Program-made: the position numbers and the translations under genes | Source of the DNA: a virus | IMG/VR virus record: IMGVR_UViG_3300036795_000250 | Span: 65,194-129,193 of that record | DNA length: 64,000 bases | Reading direction: 5' to 3' (one strand) | Shown here: piece by piece, positions 10,049 through 20,029 of the stretch | How the letters are laid out: the number at the start of each line of letters is the position of its first letter | Position numbering within the stretch: position 1 is the stretch's first letter | Notes under the pieces: generated by a model | What the model was told of the DNA's origin: nothing | What the model saw: the letters and a program-made list of their open reading frames with translations, nothing else | Database searches by the model: none

Positions 10049-10549
10049 TTACTGTTCCAAGTGGGTGGCAAATTGCTGGCTGCGCAGAATCGTCACGTGG
10101 TCTTGTCGCAGCCCATCAAGGCCACGATGCATTGTCCTAATAGCATCGTAGGTTTCATCGCAGTGCCCAGCCAACGCCTCTGCTAGCCGAGCCTCATGGC
10201 GATGTTCTAAGGTCGATAAGTCAGCCTCGGCATAGCGTTCCCTTGGGCCTTGAAACTCCGGTCCTTGGCGGACCGACGACGTCGCGACTCTCCGCACCGC
10301 CCGGTTCCAGTGATCGTCGGCACTGGCGGTGGCCGCAGTCGCTGCGCGCCGCGCGCGTGCTCGAATGCGAAGCGTTCTCACCAGCAACTCCTCAACCCGG
10401 TCGAGCCGCTGCCGAGTCTCGATGAGGCTGTTCATGACGACTTCGGGGCCGGCCCCGGGTGGCGGGATGGTGAAGGTGAACCGCAGATCAAGAGCCTCCA
10501 CAAGATAGTCCTGGAGGAGCCGCTCGACCTGCTGACTATCCACCGTCAA
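10049..10549 (-). CDS. helical hypothetical protein, possible UvsY-like mediator
   Basis: all-helical composition upstream of SSB/RecA; function inferred from context only. Confidence 0.5.
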   Translation of the reverse strand: MTVDSQQVERLLQDYLVEALDLRFTFTIPPPGAGPEVVMNSLIETRQRLDRVEELLVRTLRIRARARRAATAATASADDHWNRAVRRVATSSVRQGPEFQGPRERYAEADLSTLEHRHEARLAEALAGHCDETYDAIRTMHRGLDGLRQDHVTILRSQQFATHLEQ

Positions 10550-10851
10550 TTCGTGGCCCCCACGTATTTAGCAGACAACCTGTCCCACAACGCACGATGT
10601 GCAGCCAGCAGTTGTTTGATAAGAGGGTCATTGCCAGGCAGATCGAGCCGCACTTTCTGCTCCATGGTGAGCAGCAGTTCGGCTTCCTGCTCCAGGAGTT
10701 GCCACACCTCACGCACCGCTAGTTGGGACGCTGCGGTGCCCGGCAGCTTCTCGGCCAGCATGCGTGCGAGATCCTCTTCGTCCAGGGTGATATCGATCTT
10801 GTGATACTGGCCGTTCGCGGTTTGCACCGTCACGGCACGTCGCCATCGCAT
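10546..10851 (-). CDS. hypothetical protein
   Basis: start MRWRRAV with GGAGG RBS. Confidence 0.6.
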   Translation of the reverse strand: MRWRRAVTVQTANGQYHKIDITLDEEDLARMLAEKLPGTAASQLAVREVWQLLEQEAELLLTMEQKVRLDLPGNDPLIKQLLAAHRALWDRLSAKYVGATN

Positions 10852-10888
10852 GCAACAGCCTCCAAGAGGTTGGTGGACAAACCCACGA

Positions 10889-13231
10889 TCACGACCGAGC
10901 AAGCTCTGACGACGCCATCACGACGGTGGCCTGGCCGAACAGTTCGGCGACGTCGGCCTCATGTGCTGCGCCGAGCCCGGTACGATGCTTCTCCAACAGA
11001 ATGGTCCCGCCTGGGGTACGCAACTCGACAACATTGCGCCCCGGAATGCTATCGAGCAGTGCCAGGAATTGAGCCCATGTTGTCTGGTCGGGCATCTGCT
11101 GCAACTCGACAATCACACACTCGGTCTGCGGCAATGGTGTGGTACTCGGTGTAGCCGGGTCTGCGGCAGCGTCTACAGCGGTCTCCGGATTGTCCTCGGT
11201 GATAGGCACCTCAGGCTCCTCCACCTTCTTCTTGCCGTCAACCACACGCCACACGCCGGCCGGATCCTTCTTCAGGTGGTGCACTGAACCCCACGTTGCG
11301 CCGATGTACCAGTCCGCTGCCATCTGCGGCCAGCCATTGATCGGGAATATCACGGCTGGTTCCAGTACGTCGATAACCTGCTGCGGGGACAGTGATTTGT
11401 GCACGTAGAAGTTGAGCGCGTCATGGATGTTCATGACCAGGTGTACTCGGTCCATCAGACCAGCTCGCACCAAGACCTTACGAGCGCGGACCATCGCCGC
11501 TTTGGGAACGTCTCCGGTCGCCGAGGACTGGATCGGATAATTGATGCACGCCCGCTCGCCCTTGTTGTAGATCCAGCGCTCGGTCGAGCCGAACTCCCAG
11601 ATAGGACAGTGCCTGCCGAAGTGGGAGAGCACATAACCATTAGCCTTGCCAAACGCGATCTGGCCATCAGCCCATTGAGAGATATGCGGGTAGGACGCGT
11701 GGAACTGGCTGAACAGCGGCTGTGCTTCCGCGACCGGTATCCCCAGCCGTTCCGCCAGCGACTGCACCTTCATGCCATAGTCGACCGCGAAGTTCAACAT
11801 CTTCCCCAGAGAGCGCTCCTTCTCACCCACCTGCTCCACAGGAATGCCCAGCATCAGCGATCCGGTCATGACATGCGGGTCGATCCCGCGAGCGAAGGCA
11901 TCGATGAGCGCGGTCTCGTGGGCTTCTCCGGCGATGCCGCGTAGCTCGGCCTGCTCGTAGTCGAAGCCGAGGAGGTAGTGATCGGGCGGGGCGACGATGG
12001 CGTCACGGAAGTTCAGATCGAACGTCTCACCCGAGGCCAGTTCGTAGTGGTAGCGCTTCGGCGTGTTCTGATAGTTCGGATCGGAGAGTGCGAACCGGCC
12101 GGTGATGACGAACATCTGGAGGTGGTCGGGGTGGACCCGACCGTCGGCGGCGTAGGTGAAGTCGCGTTCGTACTTGACCAGGAAATTGTTGATGAGAGTC
12201 TTGATTTCCTTGTAATCCAGGATCTTCCTGACAACAGGGTGCTTCGCAGCCAGTTCCTTGAGCGCCTCTGCGTCGGTCGACATCGTGCGTTCGGCCTTTG
12301 GTTTGTTCCTGGTGCCAGCGGTGTAGTGACTCGTCTTCATACCCAACTGCGTGAACAGGATCTCTTGCAGTTGCTTGGGTGAACCGAGGTTGATCTGTAC
12401 CGGCTGCCCAACCATGGCCGACAGCTCTGCCTGGATCTCCGGGTCGAGCTTGGACTGGAACTCTTGGGCGCGTTGCGCCGCTGCGCGCAGGAAACTCCAG
12501 TCGTACTGAACCCCGTGATCTTCCATCTCACACACAACCTGGATGGTTTCCATCTCCAGTTGGTAGACCAGTGACCGTTCGGTCTTGGCCCGGGTGTAGT
12601 TCTCGCGGTGCAGTTGCAGCGTCCACAGCGAGTCTTCACAGGCGTACTCGACGGCTTGTGGCGACAGCTCCAGTACATTGAAGCGCAGTATCGCTCGCTT
12701 GTTCTGTGGCAGATCGGGAAATAACTCCCACAGCTCGATCATGTCGTGCTGAAAGGTCTCCCTGACTAGATACTTCAGACCGTATTTAGCATAGTCGGCT
12801 AGCACATACGCTTCGGCCATCGTGTCTGAGTAGACGGGGAAGTAACCGTTGGCCGCACGAACCGCGTCGCCATAGCGACGGTGATCCCAGAGATGCTGGC
12901 GGAAGTAGCGGGACAGGTGTCGCTTTTCGAATTTCGCGTTGTGGGCGACGCCTTTGCCGGAGATGAACCACGGCCACAGCAACTCCGCGACGGCCTGATT
13001 GTCTAGGTTCTCCGCGTCGTCATGGGCGAGTGGAACATAGCGCGCCCAGTGTTCCGAGTTCGTGAAGCTAAAACCGGCGATGAGGGCTGTCTCTGGGTGG
13101 AGGGAGAATTTCTCACGTGGCGGGCCGAGATATCCCGTCTCGATGTCGAACGCATAGACGTCCTCATCGATACGGTTGATGTGTGTCTCCAACTCATCCA
13201 GAGAGGTGATGACTCCATAGTTCTTCTTCAT
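10889..13231 (-). CDS. family A DNA polymerase (3'-5' exonuclease + polymerase, no 5' nuclease)
   Basis: ExoI FDIETG, ExoII HNAKFE, NLGSPKQL, TGRFALSDPNYQN, motif A FDYEQAELR, motif B RSLGKMLNFAVDYG, motif C NIHDAL; start MKKNYG. Confidence 0.95.
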   Translation of the reverse strand: MKKNYGVITSLDELETHINRIDEDVYAFDIETGYLGPPREKFSLHPETALIAGFSFTNSEHWARYVPLAHDDAENLDNQAVAELLWPWFISGKGVAHNAKFEKRHLSRYFRQHLWDHRRYGDAVRAANGYFPVYSDTMAEAYVLADYAKYGLKYLVRETFQHDMIELWELFPDLPQNKRAILRFNVLELSPQAVEYACEDSLWTLQLHRENYTRAKTERSLVYQLEMETIQVVCEMEDHGVQYDWSFLRAAAQRAQEFQSKLDPEIQAELSAMVGQPVQINLGSPKQLQEILFTQLGMKTSHYTAGTRNKPKAERTMSTDAEALKELAAKHPVVRKILDYKEIKTLINNFLVKYERDFTYAADGRVHPDHLQMFVITGRFALSDPNYQNTPKRYHYELASGETFDLNFRDAIVAPPDHYLLGFDYEQAELRGIAGEAHETALIDAFARGIDPHVMTGSLMLGIPVEQVGEKERSLGKMLNFAVDYGMKVQSLAERLGIPVAEAQPLFSQFHASYPHISQWADGQIAFGKANGYVLSHFGRHCPIWEFGSTERWIYNKGERACINYPIQSSATGDVPKAAMVRARKVLVRAGLMDRVHLVMNIHDALNFYVHKSLSPQQVIDVLEPAVIFPINGWPQMAADWYIGATWGSVHHLKKDPAGVWRVVDGKKKVEEPEVPITEDNPETAVDAAADPATPSTTPLPQTECVIVELQQMPDQTTWAQFLALLDSIPGRNVVELRTPGGTILLEKHRTGLGAAHEADVAELFGQATVVMASSELARS

Positions 13232-13239
13232 CACGAACC

Positions 13240-13536
13240 TCACTGCGGAAGATGTGATGCCGCCTGAAACGCGTGCACGATGGCATCCCGATACGGCCGG
13301 TCCAGTTCCTGAACCTGCGCGGACAACTGACCGAACGGGATCAGTGACCTGTGCTGCGGTGCGCTTTGCTCCTGCCAGAGTGACCACGCATCGTGTACGT
13401 CTTCCAGAGTCGTGTCGAGCCCCTTCGTGAGCGCCAGTAACGAATACATTCGCAGTAGCTCAGGCGGCAGGCCAGGCAGTTCCTGATCGATGTGGTCAAT
13501 GACCGGCCGAATATAGGTCACCGGATGGGTTGTCAT
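13240..13536 (-). CDS. conserved phage hypothetical protein (DVHDAW motif)
   Basis: EDVHDAWSLW..HRSLIPFGQLS..QELD.PY. Confidence 0.7.
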   Translation of the reverse strand: MTTHPVTYIRPVIDHIDQELPGLPPELLRMYSLLALTKGLDTTLEDVHDAWSLWQEQSAPQHRSLIPFGQLSAQVQELDRPYRDAIVHAFQAASHLPQ

Positions 13537-13701
13537 ACCGTCCTTCCGCGCAGACCGCGCGCTCCTCGTACACATCAAGCTGGTTCATCAAGGCCAACAC
13601 GGCGCGGGCAAGCACCCGAGTCTCAGACTGGCTCGCGTAATAGTCGGGTGCCTGCACCGCATACTGGGCTAGCGAGCGTGCCGCCTCAATGTCCTCGGAG
13701 A

Positions 13702-13923
13702 TCACGTCAGCTGAGCCCGCAACTGTTCCACCTCGGCGAGGAGCGCGAGTATGTGGCCGTTGACCAGATCCATCACACTGCCGTCGGGCTCACTCATCAG
13801 TCGCTGTGCATCAGCGACCCACTCGGCTCGTGACCAGCCGCGCCGATCAACGTGGTAGGAGGCAATGACGTGGTCGCGTTGCCGATTGAGGGCTTCCCTC
13901 ATTTGGTCATCGATATTCGTCAC
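13702..13923 (-). CDS. hypothetical protein
   Basis: in operon; ALLAEVEQLRA phage-type tail. Confidence 0.55.
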   Translation of the reverse strand: MTNIDDQMREALNRQRDHVIASYHVDRRGWSRAEWVADAQRLMSEPDGSVMDLVNGHILALLAEVEQLRAQLT

Positions 13924-13935
13924 GGCTATCTCCGC

Positions 13936-14784
13936 TCAGGTGACCGGAGACGTCCAGGTCGCGCTCCAGGTGATCGGGCCCACCAGACCGTCCACATGCA
14001 GACCCTTCTCCGCCTGGAACTGCCGACACATGCTCCAGCTCTCCGGGCCGAACATGCCGTCCGTGCTGAGGTGCCAGCCGCGCTGCGCCATCCGCGACTG
14101 CCATTCGGCGATTCCGGGACGGTCCCTGGTCCAGAAGCCGCTGTGGTTGTGGGGGTTGGCGGTCTCCGGGCCGTACCAGTCTCCGGCCGGGAGCGGGAAT
14201 GCGGGCGCGATCGAGCCCGGTGCGGGCGGCGGGGGTGATACGGGGCTGCCGCCGAAGAAAGTTGCGTACTGTGCCTCGGAGCCCATCCATACGGACTCGT
14301 CCACCGCACCAGAGATGCCCGGGATCGCGGCGGCGTCGGTGTACTGCCACAACACCTCCCCGTCGGTCGGAGCCGCCCCGCCCCACTTCGCCGACCACAG
14401 CAGGCCCCGGATACCACCGGGCAACGTGCTGGCCGAGCCGTAGGTCATTTCTTCCGGCACCGGTTCGCCGAGCGCGACCAGGAAGGAGTTCATCCATGCC
14501 GCGTTACCAGACGTCTCCGCATCAAGGACCTTGGCGTCAGCCCCGGCGACCGCGCGGAAGTGGCCAGCTTCGCCACCAGCGTCTCCGAACCGAGCGAAGT
14601 GGTACGCCGCGACCAGAAGCCCGGCAGCCTTCGCTCCCGCACGGTCACCGGAGAAGTCGGGGTTCGTGTAGGTCGTGCCCTCGGTTGCTTTGATCATGAC
14701 TGCGTCGATGCCGGACGCCTTGACGGCAGCCCAGTTGATCGGGTGTGCGTTATTGCCGGACACATCAATGACTCGATGGCTCAT
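13936..14784 (-). CDS. GH25 muramidase with C-terminal peptidoglycan-binding domain (endolysin-like)
   Basis: IDVS, IKATEG, AYHFA, LDAE, WQYT; PG_binding_1 pattern DGMFGP..FQ..GLHVDGLVGP.TW. Confidence 0.9.
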   Translation of the reverse strand: MSHRVIDVSGNNAHPINWAAVKASGIDAVMIKATEGTTYTNPDFSGDRAGAKAAGLLVAAYHFARFGDAGGEAGHFRAVAGADAKVLDAETSGNAAWMNSFLVALGEPVPEEMTYGSASTLPGGIRGLLWSAKWGGAAPTDGEVLWQYTDAAAIPGISGAVDESVWMGSEAQYATFFGGSPVSPPPPAPGSIAPAFPLPAGDWYGPETANPHNHSGFWTRDRPGIAEWQSRMAQRGWHLSTDGMFGPESWSMCRQFQAEKGLHVDGLVGPITWSATWTSPVT

Positions 14785-14794
14785 GTCGCGTTCC

Positions 14795-15244
14795 TTACTT
14801 CATTGCTTGCGCTAATACTGCGTAAACGACTAAGGCGATAGAGATGCTCATTACTAGCCACCAATCAAGGTTGGCTACGCGATGCCGCGTCCCTGTCGTG
14901 GGCAACTTCTCTGCCCATAACTTTTCCAAGCGCGCCGACTCATCTGTCACGAAGTTGTCGCCGTACTTGTGCCGCAGGAACGCGTTCCATTCGACAGTCC
15001 GTGCTGCACGTTCACTGACCGAACCTCTCGCCAGGTGGTCTTCCCACATCTCACGCCGTCGCTCGAAGCCGCAACCACATATCCAGAGGGTCCGGAAGAC
15101 GCGATGCCTGTTACCGGCGTAGTACATGAGATCAAGCGTGCTATCGAAATCCCAGTCGTCTGTGTGCTGTGAGGTCGGCTGCACCGGCACGATCAGCACA
15201 CATTTGCTAGGCGGCATTGAACGGAGGTCCTTACGGTAGGTCAC
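14795..15244 (-). CDS. hypothetical protein with C-terminal TM helix
   Basis: hydrophobic WWLVMSISIALVVYAVLA. Confidence 0.5.
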   Translation of the reverse strand: MTYRKDLRSMPPSKCVLIVPVQPTSQHTDDWDFDSTLDLMYYAGNRHRVFRTLWICGCGFERRREMWEDHLARGSVSERAARTVEWNAFLRHKYGDNFVTDESARLEKLWAEKLPTTGTRHRVANLDWWLVMSISIALVVYAVLAQAMK

Positions 15245-15295
15245 GCAACCTCTTCCTGTCGAGGTATCGGCCCTATGGCTGGGCTTGCTGGACGG

Positions 15296-15712
15296 TCACT
15301 CGGCACCGTCGATCGAGACGCCGAACGCACGAGCCACGGCGCGGGCAAGGGCCATCGAGAGTCCCGGCAGTTCGGGGATACTGATCCTCGAATCGATGGC
15401 CTGGGCGGCAGCGTCGAGCTGTTCCTGGGTGGCAGGGCGACCCGTCGCTTGCAGTTTCGTGATGGTGCACCAGGGACAGGCATGGGCTGCGAGAAAGGGA
15501 GCGTGGCCCGGGTGGGCCGGGCACTTCTTGAGCTGGCCGATGCTCACCTGTTCGGGCAGCGCCACAGTGTGATGCCAGCCATCGGCGATCAGCCGGTCGG
15601 CGGCAGGGCCCGCGTCGCGACACCGGGTGCAGTTCTCTGGCAGCCACCGCTGGTTGGCCACTGTCGACATCGGATGTGCGATGGCCACTGCGAGATCGTC
15701 CCGGTCGCTCAT
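15296..15712 (-). CDS. hypothetical protein
   Basis: ATGA-coupled; CxxC pairs. Confidence 0.5.
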   Translation of the reverse strand: MSDRDDLAVAIAHPMSTVANQRWLPENCTRCRDAGPAADRLIADGWHHTVALPEQVSIGQLKKCPAHPGHAPFLAAHACPWCTITKLQATGRPATQEQLDAAAQAIDSRISIPELPGLSMALARAVARAFGVSIDGAE

Positions 15713-16106
15713 GACTCATGTGTCCTCGGGCGGCGCAGTTGAGCCAGATACACGCGGGTCAGTTCCTCATAGGAGGCATTGGGATGCTCACCGTGGTACG
15801 CCTCCAGGGCGCGCGCGAGCTCATCCACTCGTTGGGCTTCCCGAGCCTCACTCTTGGCCCGCCAAGCCGCGTACTGACCTAGTTCTTCGTCGTTCGCGGT
15901 GTCGGTCCAGGACGCCGTCACATTCCCGAGGACGACGTCCTCGACGGCGGTTCCTTCTGGGACCGCATCTCGCAGCAGCGCCAGGAGCAAGCCTACGGTC
16001 GGTGCCCCATCGAAGCGCAGGCATGCGCGGACGCCGTTCTCGATCTGGGCGGTCTTCTGGTAGCGGTTCAGGTGGACAGTCACGTCGCGCTTGTCACGAT
16101 CACTCA
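15709..16106 (-). CDS. hypothetical protein
   Basis: probable start near VSDRDKR behind GGAGAGAG; start approximate. Confidence 0.45.
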
Positions 16107-16392
16107 CTAGTCTCTCTCCTCTCCCCGGGTCGGTGCCATCATTAGCGCCCACACACTCACGTGGGCAGTGCGTGCTACGTTGCCCGCAGGGAGAGGCCAC
16201 GAAATCACAGCGTTCTTCGGTAGCGCACTGAGCATTCCCCAGACGGCGGCGCGGCCAACATCTTCCGTGAACTGGATAGTCCAGGAGCCCCGCGCGCCCA
16301 TCGCGTTGATGGCTTCGGTTGCCCCCGCGATCATCTGGTCGTTGAGGTCGCTCATGATTGACTGGTTCCCTTCAGCAGCCCGGGAATCATCC

Positions 16393-16686
16393 CTATTTTC
16401 TCGCCGACCGAGGTATGCGAAGCCGATCTCGGTCGCGGGCGATGCGCAGCGCGATGACGGAGAGAGTCCGCATCTGGCCCAGGGTCTGCTCCAGCTCGGC
16501 GCGCAAGCGCACCATCTCCTCTCGTAACATCGCCCGGTCCTGGCACGCCCGGCGATAGCCACGCTCCAGCTCGACTCGGGTATGTCGGCTGGGTAGTTCG
16601 AAGAAAGTGACATGCTCGATGCTGCCGTAGCAGATGGCTCGTACCGCACCATCGACCAGCTCGTCCCGTTGTGGTATGGCGCTCAT
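16393..16686 (-). CDS. hypothetical protein
   Basis: ATGA-coupled to the upstream ASCH gene. Confidence 0.5.
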   Translation of the reverse strand: MSAIPQRDELVDGAVRAICYGSIEHVTFFELPSRHTRVELERGYRRACQDRAMLREEMVRLRAELEQTLGQMRTLSVIALRIARDRDRLRIPRSARK

Positions 16687-16994
16687 GTCGAGCTCGCTTG
16701 GCCCTCCGACGATCGTTCGATCGGCAGCAGCGACATCACGATGTAGTTCTCCGCAACGCCCACACCCGTGTAGGCAAATCCGATGTGGAATCTCAGCTCG
16801 CGACCGGTCCAGCGATTGTTGGTGCAGTCCTGCCGGTCACACTCGTGGTCCTTGTCCTTGTCGTACTCGCGCAGTCGTAAGGTGTCGCCTGCCTGGAAGC
16901 CTCGATCGTTGAGCCGAACCTCGAAGGTCTTCTCGCCGGACACCAGCCGATTGAAATAGACCGGCCAGGTTTTCAGCTCATGCTCACTGGACAT
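16683..16994 (-). CDS. ASCH/DUF3850-domain protein
   Basis: HELKTWPVYF..GEKTFEVRLNDRGFQAGDTLRLREY. Confidence 0.85.
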   Translation of the reverse strand: MSSEHELKTWPVYFNRLVSGEKTFEVRLNDRGFQAGDTLRLREYDKDKDHECDRQDCTNNRWTGRELRFHIGFAYTGVGVAENYIVMSLLPIERSSEGQASST

Positions 16995-17673
16995 CGAGCT
17001 GCTCCTGCACATCAGCCAGGCGGGCCCGTGTCGTGGCACCGCAGCGTGGACACTGCCATTCCGGTAGTACGCTCAACCGGGCTCGGAGATCGCTGATCGT
17101 GTCCGTGGCACTGCGCAGGAGTTCCTGGCTGGCCTCGAACGCGGAGACGTCCTGCTCGGTCTGAGCGATGCGATCCCGCAACGCGGACTCACCGAAGCGG
17201 TTCTCCCACATCGCCAGTTCGGTCTGTGCTCGTTCCAACTCGTCCAGCAGGTGCGGTCGTTCGCAGCCCTTGCACGGGATGTCGGGCGAGCACTTCTCGG
17301 AGCAGTCGAAGCACCAGGCCCGGGTGCCGGTTGTGCGGTGCTCTCCGCACTCGCGTCCATCCAGGTCAGTGAATTCGGCTCCGTTCGGTGGGGCGCTCAC
17401 TGTGGTCTCGGTGTCGGGCTGCACCATGTCACCGTGCAGCGCCGTGTCGAGTTGCCCGCGCAGATCCAGCAACTCTTGGAGCTTGGCCGCGTACGCAATC
17501 TGCTGATCGAGTTTGGCTTGCATGTGTCGTAACACGACGTCGACGTCTCGCAGTTCGGCGCGGAGCGACTCGTTGATCGTCGCGATCTCCTCCGCACCGT
17601 GCAGCAGTGTGGCAAACGCCTCGTCGTCGATGGGCTGCTCGATAGCCGCTTCGCCATAGATTTGATCGGTCAT
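16984..17673 (-). CDS. coiled-coil hypothetical protein with Cys-rich segment
   Basis: start MTDQIY after AGGAGG; CGEHRT..AWCFDCSEKC..PCKGC. Confidence 0.6.
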   Translation of the reverse strand: MTDQIYGEAAIEQPIDDEAFATLLHGAEEIATINESLRAELRDVDVVLRHMQAKLDQQIAYAAKLQELLDLRGQLDTALHGDMVQPDTETTVSAPPNGAEFTDLDGRECGEHRTTGTRAWCFDCSEKCSPDIPCKGCERPHLLDELERAQTELAMWENRFGESALRDRIAQTEQDVSAFEASQELLRSATDTISDLRARLSVLPEWQCPRCGATTRARLADVQEQLDVQ

Positions 17674-17876
17674 GCTTCCTCCTGCACCGTAGTAGCGTCC
17701 TGTTCGGTGGGTCCGCTGCCGCGCAAGGCAGCGCGGAACGGGAGGGCCTGGCGGCCGTTGCGGAGCAAGATCAGGTCGAACGATCTGCCGTCGGCCGCGT
17801 AGCACCGTTCCCGGCGGATCGCATCGAGCACGCGCTGCGGGATGGTGAGACGAACATCGACCAGGTTGCGAGTCAC
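17670..17876 (-). CDS. hypothetical protein
   Basis: fills the operon gap, RBS present. Confidence 0.5.
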   Translation of the reverse strand: MTRNLVDVRLTIPQRVLDAIRRERCYAADGRSFDLILLRNGRQALPFRAALRGSGPTEQDATTVQEEA

Positions 17877-17894
17877 AACTGTTCCCCTTTCCTC

Positions 17895-18833
17895 TCATAC
17901 CCAGAGCGTGACGAGGGATTCCAGGACTCCGTCCCGTGCTCCTGCTGCCAGTGCCGCGTCGAGCGTGGCCAGCACCCGCCACCGAGCGCGGCAGTGCTCG
18001 CTCGGGTAGCGGTCGAGCACGGGCAGATATTTCTCCGCCAGGCTGAAGGGCAGATCCGGCAGCAGGGCGATGTCCCGCCGGGACATCCCGGTGTGCACCG
18101 CCTCGCGCAGCTGCGCCATGACGGTCAAGCCGGAATCCAGCTGGCCGACGATGCGCCGGTAGTCCGTGGTAGGCAGCAGCGGGACCAGGCTGTGTGCGAC
18201 ACGACCTTTCAACAGCATCACCGCATCGGCGAATCGGTCCGTCGGAGCCTCATCGCACAATTCGTCGATGGCCGCAGCACTGGGAGCCTCGTCGAACAGC
18301 GCGAGCTTGCCGCTGACGCTCTTGAGCTGGTGCAAGGATCCCGCGCTGCGCTGTGCCAGGTAGCCCGCCGTGGCATCGGTGAGCGGGACCATGCTCTGTA
18401 CCCACGGCACCAGTTCCGACACGGGTGGACGGCGGCACTCCACGATGTGTCCGGCGCGTCGGATCAAGCCGATATGGTCATGGGCTGGCGCCGTAGCCGC
18501 GCTGGACACAAACAGTAGGTATGTCATGGGGTTGAGCCGCTTGCGATCGAGCCACCCCGCCAGCGGGTGCCAATCCACCAGTTGCTCCGCGTGCCTGATA
18601 GTGACCAGTCGCGGTACGTCGGCCTGCATGGGGTACTGGTGTGCGGCAGCCCAGATCACCCGGTCCGGCTCGGTGCCAGCGGTCAGACTTACTGAGTCCA
18701 CCGCACCGGGTCGCAGTGCCAGGCGCAGCCGGTCGACCAGCTCTTCGACCAGGACCGGCTCGTCGCCGCAGCACCAGGTCACCCGCTTGATGTCGCTCCG
18801 GTCTGCGTGCTGGCACCACTGGTGGAAGTTCAC
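17895..18833 (-). CDS. DNA polymerase III delta (HolA)-like clamp-loader subunit
   Basis: CGDEPVLVEE N-terminus, PMQADVPRLV, KLALF..IDEL; about 310 aa, next to a delta'-like gene. Confidence 0.7.
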   Translation of the reverse strand: MNFHQWCQHADRSDIKRVTWCCGDEPVLVEELVDRLRLALRPGAVDSVSLTAGTEPDRVIWAAAHQYPMQADVPRLVTIRHAEQLVDWHPLAGWLDRKRLNPMTYLLFVSSAATAPAHDHIGLIRRAGHIVECRRPPVSELVPWVQSMVPLTDATAGYLAQRSAGSLHQLKSVSGKLALFDEAPSAAAIDELCDEAPTDRFADAVMLLKGRVAHSLVPLLPTTDYRRIVGQLDSGLTVMAQLREAVHTGMSRRDIALLPDLPFSLAEKYLPVLDRYPSEHCRARWRVLATLDAALAAGARDGVLESLVTLWV

Positions 18834-19141
18834 GTTGGGCGACCGTTGGGGCTGATGATGCCGCCACTAGGCGGTTGTTGCAGCGGGGCCAGCAGCCGCG
18901 TTCGGTTGGCTTGCTGCGTACCGGCATCCAAGATCTCGGCGATCGCTGTCTCGAAGCCGATCTCAAAGGTCTGGATGTCCTCGTCGGTCAGTTGCAAACG
19001 GACCTGCATAAATTCGATGAAGCTGTTCAGGCGCAGCATCACCACAGTGGAGCCTTCCAGCGCAACGCCCTGCATCTGAAGCGCCTGCAACTTCTCCCGG
19101 TTGGACTGGCGCAGCGCATTCAGTGGTTCGATCTCGTCCAC
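18830..19141 (-). CDS. hypothetical protein
   Basis: overlap-coupled in operon. Confidence 0.6.
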   Translation of the reverse strand: MDEIEPLNALRQSNREKLQALQMQGVALEGSTVVMLRLNSFIEFMQVRLQLTDEDIQTFEIGFETAIAEILDAGTQQANRTRLLAPLQQPPSGGIISPNGRPT

Positions 19142-19938
19142 TAGTGCTCCTCCTCGACAAACGGCTCTATGGCTACGCGAATAGCTAGCGTGTCTCGTAC
19201 ACCTGTCACACTGCCCAGCGCTAAAATCATTTTCCGTACAACGGTCTTCTGTTGGGCCATCCCGTATGTTTCAGCCTCGGTAAAGATTCGCCAGTTCCCG
19301 GTCGCTGCTTCATGCAGCCATCGGTAGAGCAACGCCCGAGTAAGTCCGTCGCTGGACTGACACACCCGGTGGAAAAGCCACTGATCATGCGCTGCGATGG
19401 CTTGCGCTAGCCCGAGAACATTTTCCCGAGCGGCCTCGTAGCCCACGATGATCTCGCCCGAGGGCACCGTCCCGGGAGTCAGCGCAGCTGCCGCCGCAGC
19501 CGAGCGGGTGGACATGCCCAGGTCGATGAGGATTTGGGTGACCTGCTTCAGTGGCAGATAGCCACACAGAAAGATCTGCGACCGAGATGTGATAGTGGGC
19601 GATGGGTGGTGCTGTGCCAACAGGATGAACCTCGTGGTGGGGGGTGGCGCCTCCAAGGCTGTCAACAAAATGTTCCACACCGGCTCGCCTGCCGGGAGAC
19701 GAGTGAGGATCACCCGCAGAGAGCCTGACGGTGCACCCTGTGCGAAGAGCCGCATGTCCCGCGCGCTGCGGGCCGTCAGCTCATGTTCGTAGATATCCAC
19801 CGGCCAGACACCGTGATGTTGCAGGACATGGTGAGCCAACGTGCTTTTGCCTACATGCGCTGGTCCGATGAGCAGTGAGACCGTAGGCAACTCGGCTTCT
19901 AGTGCTTGACGTACGGACTCATGTCCGATGATGGCCAT
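19141..19938 (-). CDS. clamp-loader AAA+ subunit (HolB/DnaX-like)
   Basis: IIGHESVRQAL, Walker A GPAHVGKST, NILLTALEAPP..TRFILLA, TITSRSQ (SRC-like). Confidence 0.8.
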   Translation of the reverse strand: MAIIGHESVRQALEAELPTVSLLIGPAHVGKSTLAHHVLQHHGVWPVDIYEHELTARSARDMRLFAQGAPSGSLRVILTRLPAGEPVWNILLTALEAPPPTTRFILLAQHHPSPTITSRSQIFLCGYLPLKQVTQILIDLGMSTRSAAAAAALTPGTVPSGEIIVGYEAARENVLGLAQAIAAHDQWLFHRVCQSSDGLTRALLYRWLHEAATGNWRIFTEAETYGMAQQKTVVRKMILALGSVTGVRDTLAIRVAIEPFVEEEH

Positions 19939-20029
19939 GTCAGGCTCCCCAGCCGCCCGGAGACGACAAGGCCGACCGTTCGGCAGTGAACCTCGCGTGC
20001 CGGCCTTGTCGAGACGATGCGAGTGCCCG

